Source: Terriglobia bacterium (GTDB lineage Bacteria > Acidobacteriota > Terriglobia > Bryobacterales > UBA6623). Taken from it: a stretch of 64,000 nucleotides of DNA. Shown in pieces: positions 27,393-34,732 of the stretch. The notes below the pieces were generated by a model. The model saw only the letters and a program-made list of their open reading frames with translations, was not told the origin of the DNA and ran no database searches. A program made the translations under genes and the position numbers. The stretch lies in contig CAWGNS010000009.1 of NCBI GenBank assembly GCA_963824095.1, positions 348,272-412,271 on the forward strand, read 5' to 3'. How positions within the stretch are numbered: the stretch's first letter is position 1; each line of letters starts with the position of its first letter.

Positions 27393-28982
27393 CTAGCGGT
27401 CGGCCGCGAAGGTCATCATCTCGTACAGCGCGCGCCCCTGCGAGCCGCTGGGGGTCTCGATCTCGAGCAGCGTCGCCAGGCTCGGCGCCAGGTCGTTGAG
27501 CACCACCGAACGCGCGTAAGTGCCGGGCCGGATGCCGGGGCCCAGAAAGATCAGCGGGATGTGGGTGTCGTAGGAATAGGGAGTCCCGTGGGTCGTCCCT
27601 GAGGCGCCGCGAATCCAGTAGGGGTCGAGTAGAATCTCCAGGTCGCCTGAACGCCGCGCGTTGAAGCTGTGCGCCACGCGCTGGCTCACGGTGTCGCTCG
27701 GCGCCTGGCCAAACAGCAACTGCGTGCGCGTGAACACCCGCGCCACGTGCGGCAGGTTTTCGATCGACTGCGCCGCCACACGCTCCACCTCGCCCATCGC
27801 CAGGCCCTTTTCGGCGACCAGCTTGCGGTCGAAATAGGGCGAGGTGCCGGCCGTGGCCTGGACCCAATTTCCGGCGCCGAATCGCGACGTCAGAGCCTCT
27901 TGCATGGTGTCGAACAGCAGCGTGTTCGAAAAGCGCCCGCCCGGCATGTGGTCCTGCTCGAGCCGCTCGGGCACCGGCACCACGCCGTGGTCGGCCGTCA
28001 GCACGACCAGCACGTGCTGCATGCCGATGGCGCTGTCGAGGAAGGCGAACAGCTTGCCCAGAATGCGGTCGCTCTGCACGCTGATGTCGTGCGCCTGCGG
28101 CGAGTCGGGCCCGTATTTGTGGCCCACCGCGTCGTTCGAGGAAAAGCTCACGGTCAGCACGTCGGTGGCGTCGCGCTGGCCCAGCTTTTCCTGGCGTACG
28201 GCGTCTTCGGCGAAACGCTCCAGCAGTTCATTGCCATAGGTGCTCGTGTAAACGGCTTCGTAGAGTTCTGGCCCCGGCGCCGCCGCAAACTTGAGCATGT
28301 TTGCTGCGCCGGCCCCGAACTTCCACTCCACGCCGGCATACTTGTCGGCCTGGCGCTCGCCGTTGAAGGCCGCCACCCAGGCCGGCAGCGTGGGGAAGTA
28401 GTAGGTGCTGCTGACGAACGCCCCGGTTTTCAAATCCAGCCAGTAGGCGCCGTCGGCCATGTGCCCGGCCGGCAAGATCGCGCTGCGGTCCTTGAACGAA
28501 ACCCCGATGACCTTCGAATCGGCACGGCCCGAGCGCTTCAGCTCGTCACCCACCGTGCTCACCAGCAAGCGCCGCGGCGACGAGCCTGTGCCCGGCGAGC
28601 CGCCCAGCAGCTGCACCGACTTATCCGAAACGCTGGTCACCTGCTCGCCCTCTTCGCGGTCGTACCAGTCGTTGCCGACGATGCCGCTGATCTTGGGCGT
28701 CGCCCCCGACAACATCGTCGAGTGGCCCACCGCAGTTACGGTCGGGTAGTGGTCGAGGTTCGCGTTGACGAAATTCGCCCCGGTGCGCAACAGGCGGTCG
28801 AATCCATGGCTGTATTCGGAGCGGAAACGCGTCAGGTAGTCATAGCGGAACTGGTCGATCGCCACCAGCAGCACCAGGCGCACGTCGCCGCCGGGCGCCT
28901 CTTGGGCGCGTAGCAACGAAGGCGAGCCGATCAGCGCGCACGAGACGAGCAGCAGAACTGCCTTGTGGATGAGTTGCTTCAT
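27393..28982 (-). CDS. alkaline phosphatase family protein (nucleotide pyrophosphatase/phosphodiesterase, PafA-like)
   Basis: ORF 27393..29024(-), start ATG 28982 (MKQLIHKAVLLLVSCAL signal). VAIDQFRYDY, PTVTAVGHSTMLSG (Thr nucleophile context), LTADHG. Confidence 0.8.
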   Translation of the reverse strand: MKQLIHKAVLLLVSCALIGSPSLLRAQEAPGGDVRLVLLVAIDQFRYDYLTRFRSEYSHGFDRLLRTGANFVNANLDHYPTVTAVGHSTMLSGATPKISGIVGNDWYDREEGEQVTSVSDKSVQLLGGSPGTGSSPRRLLVSTVGDELKRSGRADSKVIGVSFKDRSAILPAGHMADGAYWLDLKTGAFVSSTYYFPTLPAWVAAFNGERQADKYAGVEWKFGAGAANMLKFAAAPGPELYEAVYTSTYGNELLERFAEDAVRQEKLGQRDATDVLTVSFSSNDAVGHKYGPDSPQAHDISVQSDRILGKLFAFLDSAIGMQHVLVVLTADHGVVPVPERLEQDHMPGGRFSNTLLFDTMQEALTSRFGAGNWVQATAGTSPYFDRKLVAEKGLAMGEVERVAAQSIENLPHVARVFTRTQLLFGQAPSDTVSQRVAHSFNARRSGDLEILLDPYWIRGASGTTHGTPYSYDTHIPLIFLGPGIRPGTYARSVVLNDLAPSLATLLEIETPSGSQGRALYEMMTFAADR

Positions 28983-29668
28983 GGGGTAGGGAATCCTCGC
29001 AGGTTGGAGCAGGTTGCAGGCCAAGCCAAACTTCCCAGTGTAACCCGAAGCGACCCGAGGCTACGGACGCGCTACCCAGCGGTGCCCGGATTGGTGACCT
29101 GGAGAACCCCGCCGCGAGGCGCATCCGAGCCGCATTCGCGCAGGTACGAGGCTCCTTTGCCTTTCGAGCATTGCCAGTAAGTCCCTCCAGCTTTGCCGCC
29201 TCCAACTGTGAGCCCAGTTGTCTCCGGCCCAGCGACCTTGCGTGCCGGCGCCGGGAACGGTTCGGGCGTGCGGGGGCGCATACCCGTCGCAACAACAGGA
29301 GAACATTTTCGTGAGACAAATCGCTCGTGTGTTGAGCAGGGCGATTGCGGCCGGACAATTGACGTACTTCGAACAGGACAAAGGTAGCAAATCCTGCGGG
29401 AGTTTCTGCGCTCGCTCTAGCGCAAGGTGCGGGCGACCTGCCCAAAAAAACGAACGCCGGGACGCGGCCGCCGTTGGTGCTCCCCCCAGGGTATAGCTCC
29501 ACCTGCGTTGCGTCCCGGCGCCGCAACGGGACTCGGACGATCCAGCCCGGAATTCGCAGACTCGATGGGATCCGCGGCAGGATCGTCCGCGCCGCCGTTG
29601 ATGCCGCACGCCGAAGCGGGAGGGGTGTCCGTCCCACCCCCTGGCCGCCAAGCCGGGTGCGGCCAACC

Positions 29669-29986
29669 TCAAGCGCCCGAGACTTCGATGTTGTTCGTCA
29701 CACGCACGACTCCATCGACGTTCTGGGCCAGTTCGCCGGCCCGTTGCTTCACGTCCGCGGTTTGCACCTTGCCGGCCAGGGTCACCACCCCGTCCGTGGT
29801 GTCGACTTCAATGTTGGTGACCGTCGATAGCTGCACGTCGGTCGCCAGCTTCGTCTTCACGGCCGCGGTGATCGCGGCGTCGTCGGCCTGCTGCCCCGCC
29901 GTCTGCGTCGAACTGCAGGCGATGGCGAGGACCAGCGCAAATGCCACCGATAACAGAAACCCTGTGCGGGCGATATGTTTGCTCAT
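29669..29986 (-). CDS. BON domain lipoprotein (OsmY-like)
   Basis: AAGGAGGAAG upstream. Lipobox-like LAIACS. Single BON domain ITAAVKTKLATDVQLSTVTNIEVDTTDGVVTLAGKV...RAGELAQNVDGVVRVTNNIEV. Confidence 0.8.
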   Translation of the reverse strand: MSKHIARTGFLLSVAFALVLAIACSSTQTAGQQADDAAITAAVKTKLATDVQLSTVTNIEVDTTDGVVTLAGKVQTADVKQRAGELAQNVDGVVRVTNNIEVSGA

Positions 29987-30124
29987 GGACTTCCTCCTTG
30001 CACCATGTCTGTCGAATAGTCGGAATGCGGGGCTCGATGCCTTCCGGCCCCGCGGATGGATCAGGTCGGACCCGGCTTGGCCGGAATCCGTGAATGCGTC
30101 CGCATGGCGGCAGAACGCATCGCT

Positions 30125-30280
30125 TCAAACTCTGCCGAGCAGCACCAGCAGCAGCAGCACCAGCACCACCACCCCCAGCCCGCCGCTGGGGTAGTACCCC
30201 CAGGAGGCGCTGTACGGCCATGCCGGAAGTGCGCCGATCAGCAACAGAACCAACAACACGATGACAACTGTGCCCAACAT
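30125..30280 (-). CDS. DUF3309-family small membrane protein (51 aa; below the ORF-track cutoff)
   Basis: Hand translation gives MLGTVVIVLLVLLLIGALPAWPYSASWGYYPSGGLGVVVLVLLLLVLLGRV*. GAGGTG 7 nt upstream of ATG 30280. The WPYS..WGYYPSGGLG core is the DUF3309 hallmark as I recall it. Confidence 0.7.
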   Translation of the reverse strand: MLGTVVIVLLVLLLIGALPAWPYSASWGYYPSGGLGVVVLVLLLLVLLGRV

Positions 30281-30329
30281 TTGTTTCACCTCTCAAGCTT
30301 CACCAGACATTCGCGATCCCTTGGGGCGG

Positions 30330-31373
30330 TTAGGAGCTTGCCCCACGTTTGAGAACCCTGCCGGCGAGTTTCTCGTCCCCGCCGCGGATTGCCAGGTCTT
30401 CGATCGAAATCACACCCACGAACCGGCGGTTGCCGTCGAGCACCAGCAGCCGGCGGCACGGTTTACGCTCCATGATCTCGGCCGCCTGCAGCACGCTCTG
30501 GCTGTCGAGGCAATAGGCGTATTCGGCGGTCATCGCCGAACGCACCGTGGTCTGTGAGGGGTTGGCGCCTTGCGCGGTGGCCCGCACCGTGATGTCGCGG
30601 TCGGTGATCAGCCCCACGACGTCGTCGCCCGAGCGCACCGGCAGGAAACCGACGCCGCGCGCTTCCATCTGCCGCGAAGCTTCGGTCAACGACGCCTCGG
30701 CGTCGATGGTCTCGACCTCGCGGCTCATGGCGTCGCGCACCAGCACCACGCGGACGTGCGCCGGCACGTCGCTCACGCGCACCCTCGCGTGGCCGTCGGC
30801 CGCCGGGGCGCTGGTTTGCGCCCGCGTTAGCGGCTTGGTGCTATTCGCGAAATCCGCGTGCTCTTCCTGCGCCGTGGAGATGTCTTCGGCGCCGCTCTGC
30901 TCTAGAATCTGCCGCGCGTTGCTGGCCCACTGCGAGCTGTCACAATGCACCGACAGGAGAATGCCGCCCTTGCGGATGCGGCCTTCGTAGCGTTTGGCTT
31001 CGTACTCGGGAATGCCCATGCCGACCAGGCCGCCGACCACTCCGCCGACGGTGCCTCCCGCTCCGACCCCAGCCAACAGGCCCAGAATCGGCCCCGCCGC
31101 GACGAACAGCCCCAGCCCGGGAATCGACAGCGTGCCGATCCCCACCAGCCAGCCGAGCACGCCGCCCACAACGGCGCCCGAGCTCGCCCCGGCCGTTACG
31201 CCCTCGGGCGCTTTGGTGCTCTTCTCGTGCGCCAGATCTTTCGAGCCGGCGTTCTCGGGAAACAGCACCGATATGTCGGTATTGCGAAAACCGTGCGCGC
31301 GCAGGGCTTCCACCCCTTCCTCGGCGCCCGCCCGGCTCGCATAGATGCCAAAAACCGCAATGTTCTTTGTCAT
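30330..31373 (-). CDS. fusion protein: YflT/general-stress-like N-domain + glycine-zipper membrane segment + C-terminal CBS pair
   Basis: AAGGAGG upstream. MTKNIAVFGIYASRAGAEEGVEALRAHGF (YflT-like), GAVVGGVLGWLVGIG...GVGAGGTVGGVVGGLVGMG, IPEYEAKRYEGRIRKGGILLSVH, then two CBS repeats (VRDAMSREVETID...GFLPV; VRSAMTAEYAYC...LLVLD..RFVGVISIEDL). Confidence 0.75.
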   Translation of the reverse strand: MTKNIAVFGIYASRAGAEEGVEALRAHGFRNTDISVLFPENAGSKDLAHEKSTKAPEGVTAGASSGAVVGGVLGWLVGIGTLSIPGLGLFVAAGPILGLLAGVGAGGTVGGVVGGLVGMGIPEYEAKRYEGRIRKGGILLSVHCDSSQWASNARQILEQSGAEDISTAQEEHADFANSTKPLTRAQTSAPAADGHARVRVSDVPAHVRVVLVRDAMSREVETIDAEASLTEASRQMEARGVGFLPVRSGDDVVGLITDRDITVRATAQGANPSQTTVRSAMTAEYAYCLDSQSVLQAAEIMERKPCRRLLVLDGNRRFVGVISIEDLAIRGGDEKLAGRVLKRGASS

Positions 31374-31400
31374 AGCAAAACCTCCTTGCTCTTGCCGCCC

Positions 31401-32204
31401 TCAAAAGCCTTGATCCGAACTGCCGGCCTGCACCGTCAGTTCGTTGTGCACTTTTCCGGCGCCCGCCGCCGCCACGGCTTTGGCCTCGATATCCTGCCGT
31501 TCCGCTTCGCTGCGCACAACGCCCTTGAGCGTCACCCGCCCGTCGCGGCTGATGATCTTCACGTTGTGCGCGTAAGTCGAAAGCGTTTTATCCGCGACCA
31601 CCGCCCGCCGGATCGTCCGTGTCAACTGACGGTCTGAGGCGGTATTGCCCTGGTCATCGGCGGTGAGTCCCTGCTTCGATGCGGTCGTGCTTTTCGCTTC
31701 CTTCGTAACACCGAGAAACACGCTGGCCATCGGATCGCACGACGGTGCAATCTGTTCCACCTTCGTCGCATGGAACACCCGGCCATCGCCTTCCTTGTCG
31801 CCATAGACGCGAACCATGCGGTCTATGTAGTTCTCCAGATCGGGCGAGCCGACGACGGTAATGCGGTCGCCGCCGCCGTCTTCCTTCTCGGTAAGAATGT
31901 AGGGATCGCTCTCGTCGCCGCGCGTCAGGCATCCACGCTTCTCCATGCCTAACGTTTCCTTTAGCTTCTCGCCGGTCTTTTCCAGCGCCTTCCCGACTTC
32001 CTGCTTGGTTTCTTCTAAGGACTTCGATATGGACTCATCCTTATCCCGCTTATCCTGGGTGGCGCCCGCCGTTGATTGAGTGTCGCTGTTTTCCACCTGC
32101 CCGCTGGCGGCTTCTTGTGCCGTCGCGACGGTTCTTGTTTGGGGGTAAGACACTCCCCCCGCAGTCAACGTAACGGCGATGGCAAGAACGATGTGCCGTG
32201 TCAT
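31401..32204 (-). CDS. secreted protein with C-terminal BON domain
   Basis: GGGAGG upstream. Signal peptide MTRHIVLAIAVTLTAGG. Acidic/Lys-rich region. C-terminal BON (IRRAVVADKTLSTYAHNVKIISRDGRVTLKGVVRSEAERQDIEAKA). Confidence 0.7.
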   Translation of the reverse strand: MTRHIVLAIAVTLTAGGVSYPQTRTVATAQEAASGQVENSDTQSTAGATQDKRDKDESISKSLEETKQEVGKALEKTGEKLKETLGMEKRGCLTRGDESDPYILTEKEDGGGDRITVVGSPDLENYIDRMVRVYGDKEGDGRVFHATKVEQIAPSCDPMASVFLGVTKEAKSTTASKQGLTADDQGNTASDRQLTRTIRRAVVADKTLSTYAHNVKIISRDGRVTLKGVVRSEAERQDIEAKAVAAAGAGKVHNELTVQAGSSDQGF

Positions 32205-32657
32205 GATTGCCTCCCTGCCACGGCCCGCGGCCGGCGAAAGCGTCCGGTCCGGTTGGCCGTGGGGTTACGCCCCGTAGATCCCAGACTGCGTTCTTGCGTT
32301 ACTGGGTTCGTTTCCTGCGACGGGCGTCCCCCCGCGCCCCCGCGTGCTGACTGCCCATATCCCCGCTCGGAGCGGCAGGCGCCAGCCCGCGCGGTTTCGT
32401 TGGCCGGATTGCAGTGCCTGAATTTGCACGGTGAGGTACGGCGAAGTAGGGTCAAGCCGCACTTGCGTGAGCGGACGCCCGCGGCTCCAGGGTTGGTGAT
32501 TTTTCGTTGAGTAAATGTCCCCGGGAAATACGCCGCAATTATTGGACAACAGAGTACGAAACCTCACCCGAAAACCATGGCGGTTCGCAGGCCGCGGACA
32601 CAGCCTCGAGCGGTCGTGAGTCTACAGAGCAACTAGCGCTCACCAAAGGAGGTAGAG

Positions 32658-33458
32658 ATGCATCGATTTACAGTTCATTTTTTGGTCGGTTGCCTAGCCA
32701 CCGTTGGTCTGGCGGCCATGCTGCAAGCGGATGCCTGGAATAAAAAGACCGAGCTTACGGTCCACGAAAAAGTGGAAGTTCCCGGCGCGGTCCTGTCTCC
32801 TGGCAAATACGTTGTCAAACTCGTGAATTCCGAATCCAACCGCCACATCGTGCAATTTACGAATGAGGCGGAAAATCAGGTGGTTTCCACGGTGTTGGCA
32901 ATCCCGAACCAGCGCATGGAACCTACTGGCGACAGCGAGTTCACGTTTTACGAATCGCGCGTCGCGGGCACACCGGTGTTGCGCGCCTGGTTCTATCCGG
33001 GTGACACCTTCGGGCAACAGTTCGCTTATCCGAAGGATAAGGCGATCGAACTGGCAAGGGCCTCCGGCGAGGACGTGCCTTCGCTCGACGGTGACGATCT
33101 TTCGTCGGCGCATGTGAGCACGGTTTCGCCTAATGAATCGGAACCGGCCACGCCGCCGCAAGAAAGCGCGGTGACACCGGCCCCGCCGCTGGGGCGAACG
33201 CACACGCAGCCCGCGGCCCCCAAGCCCGAGCCGGCGCCCGACACCACGACATTGGCGCAAGCGCAGCCTCAGGAACAGCCTCCGGCTCGCACGCCGGCAG
33301 CCGCCGCACCGGCTCCTCAGACCACGCAACAGCCTGAGGCCGGCGAACAGCTTCCTTCGACCGCCAGCCCGGCTCCGCTGCTGGGACTGCTGGGCCTGCT
33401 GTCGCTGGCTGGAGCTTTGGGTCTGAACAGGGTGGCCAAGCAACGCGACTCGCGTTAG
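32658..33458 (+). CDS. secreted protein with C-terminal sortase-type sorting signal (LPSTAS + hydrophobic + basic tail)
   Basis: AAAGGAGG 6 nt upstream. Signal peptide ..AAMLQA/DA. ~130-aa unknown domain. ~90-aa P/A/Q-rich linker. LPSTAS at 33351-33368 followed by PAPLLGLLGLLSLAGALGL and NRVAKQRDSR. Confidence 0.7.
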   Translation: MHRFTVHFLVGCLATVGLAAMLQADAWNKKTELTVHEKVEVPGAVLSPGKYVVKLVNSESNRHIVQFTNEAENQVVSTVLAIPNQRMEPTGDSEFTFYESRVAGTPVLRAWFYPGDTFGQQFAYPKDKAIELARASGEDVPSLDGDDLSSAHVSTVSPNESEPATPPQESAVTPAPPLGRTHTQPAAPKPEPAPDTTTLAQAQPQEQPPARTPAAAAPAPQTTQQPEAGEQLPSTASPAPLLGLLGLLSLAGALGLNRVAKQRDSR

Positions 33459-33681
33459 CCGCCAGCCCGGGCATCGCGCTCCACCCAACCATACTTCCAG
33501 GAGAGCAGCGGTGAACACCAAGACCCAAGCCAAGCGGGGAGCAAGAGCAACGCTCTTGTTCCCCGCCGCGCCCGAACACCAACACCGCCAGCCGCGGGAT
33601 CAGCGCCGTCGGGCGACCGAAAGCGCCGCCGCCCGACCCAGAGCATTGTCGCGATCCGAAGCAAAGTCGCCCGACCCAAAG

Positions 33682-33716
33682 CAACAGAGCCGCGGGCGGG
33701 AGCCTGCGGGCTCTCG
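33682..33716 (+). repeat. repeat family D copy between substrate and sortase genes
   Basis: caacagagccgcgggcgggagcctgcgggctctcg (hairpin agagcc-gc.../...gggctct). Confidence 0.6.
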
Positions 33717-33815
33717 CGAATCCGCGGCACGGCACACGGTGGCCCCGGCTGATTCGACCTGGCCCAGCCGAAAACGGCTTGATCTGCCACCGGCACGGGC
33801 AAGGATACGGAACCC

Positions 33816-34529
33816 ATGGTGCACCTAAGAATCCAAGGCCATAGCGAAGTCCGCCTGCTGCGAGGCGCCATCACCCTGCTGCTGGCCGCCGGGCTGGTTT
33901 GCCTGGCCCTATTCTTCTGGTACACATTCGAGGCCCAATACTCCCAGGCCTTGCTCCGCCACGAATTCGATGCGCAACAGAACAACTCCGTATCAACCCC
34001 ATCGCCCAATCCGGCGCCGCCACCGCCCGCTAAACATCCGATGCTCGTGGGCCGCCTCGAAATCCCCAGGCTCGGGGTCGAAGTCATGGTCGTCAACGGA
34101 GCCGATGCTGCCAGCTTGCGGGAAGGCGCCGGCTGGCTGCCCAACACCGCCTGGCCCGGCGACGGCAACGCCGCCATCGCCGCGCACCGCGACACGTTCT
34201 TTCGCCCGCTGCGCCACATCCGGCAAGGCGACACGGTGCTGCTGACCACGCGCGACGCCCGCTACCGCTTCCGCGTCGAGTGGACCGCCGTGGTCGACCC
34301 CGACGACACCGCGATCTTGCGGCCCACCGACGAGCCCGCGCTCACGCTCATCACCTGCTATCCGTTCTACTACGTCGGCAGCGCTCCGCAACGCTTCATC
34401 GTCCGCGCCGCCCGGCAACAACCGCTCGATGGCCCCGCCGCGAAATTGTTCCAGGGCGAGCAGCCTCCCGCCGCGTGTTCGTTCGGACCCCACGGCGGCC
34501 CCGGAAACCTGAGCGGAGCCGCCGATTGA
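33816..34529 (+). CDS. sortase family transpeptidase (membrane-anchored)
   Basis: N-terminal TM anchor (AITLLLAAGLVCLALFFWY). LEIPRLGVEVMVVNG. His context GNAAIAAHRDTFF. Cys context ALTLITCYPFYY. Arg context QRFIVRA. Confidence 0.8.
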   Translation: MVHLRIQGHSEVRLLRGAITLLLAAGLVCLALFFWYTFEAQYSQALLRHEFDAQQNNSVSTPSPNPAPPPPAKHPMLVGRLEIPRLGVEVMVVNGADAASLREGAGWLPNTAWPGDGNAAIAAHRDTFFRPLRHIRQGDTVLLTTRDARYRFRVEWTAVVDPDDTAILRPTDEPALTLITCYPFYYVGSAPQRFIVRAARQQPLDGPAAKLFQGEQPPAACSFGPHGGPGNLSGAAD

Positions 34530-34551
34530 ATCGAGGCGAGGCCTTCGACGT

Positions 34552-34574
34552 GGGACAGGCAATCTTGTCTGTCC
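34552..34574. repeat. repeat family B single palindrome
   Basis: gggacaggcaatcttgtctgtcc, 23 nt after the sortase stop. Confidence 0.7.
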
Positions 34575-34732
34575 TCTCCATGACTCGGGCCAATGGCTGC
34601 AGCAAGGCCGGCCCTGCCGGCCAGAAGCCCGCGCCAAATCAAACAAGCGGAGAAGCGCCTGCGCCAACCGCGCGCGTCTGAATCCGCGTCGGACTAGGAC
34701 ATCACGCCAGAATCGGTCAGACTAGAAGCATC

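Noticed and set aside
32205-32657. c-di-AMP (ydaO-type) riboswitch upstream of the BON/stress operon; also TPP- or B12-type elements near 11461-11560 (ctgagag string) and 17340-17519 (upstream of the TonB-dependent receptor)
   Set aside because: I could not find the conserved boxes I remember for these classes (e.g. CCCGAA..CAGCTAACC.., the ACCTGATCTGGATAATGCCAGCG-type TPP core, or the B12 box). Isolated short matches are expected by chance. A covariance-model scan is needed.
33511-33828. 105-codon ORF between the sortase substrate and sortase genes, preceded by AGGAGA
   Set aside because: The product is highly basic and low in complexity (RRRATESAAARPRALSRSEAKSPDPKQQSRGREPAGSRE). Its GC3 bias is weaker than in neighbouring genes. 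It runs straight through a family D repeat hairpin and overlaps the sortase start. It is more likely non-coding spacer.
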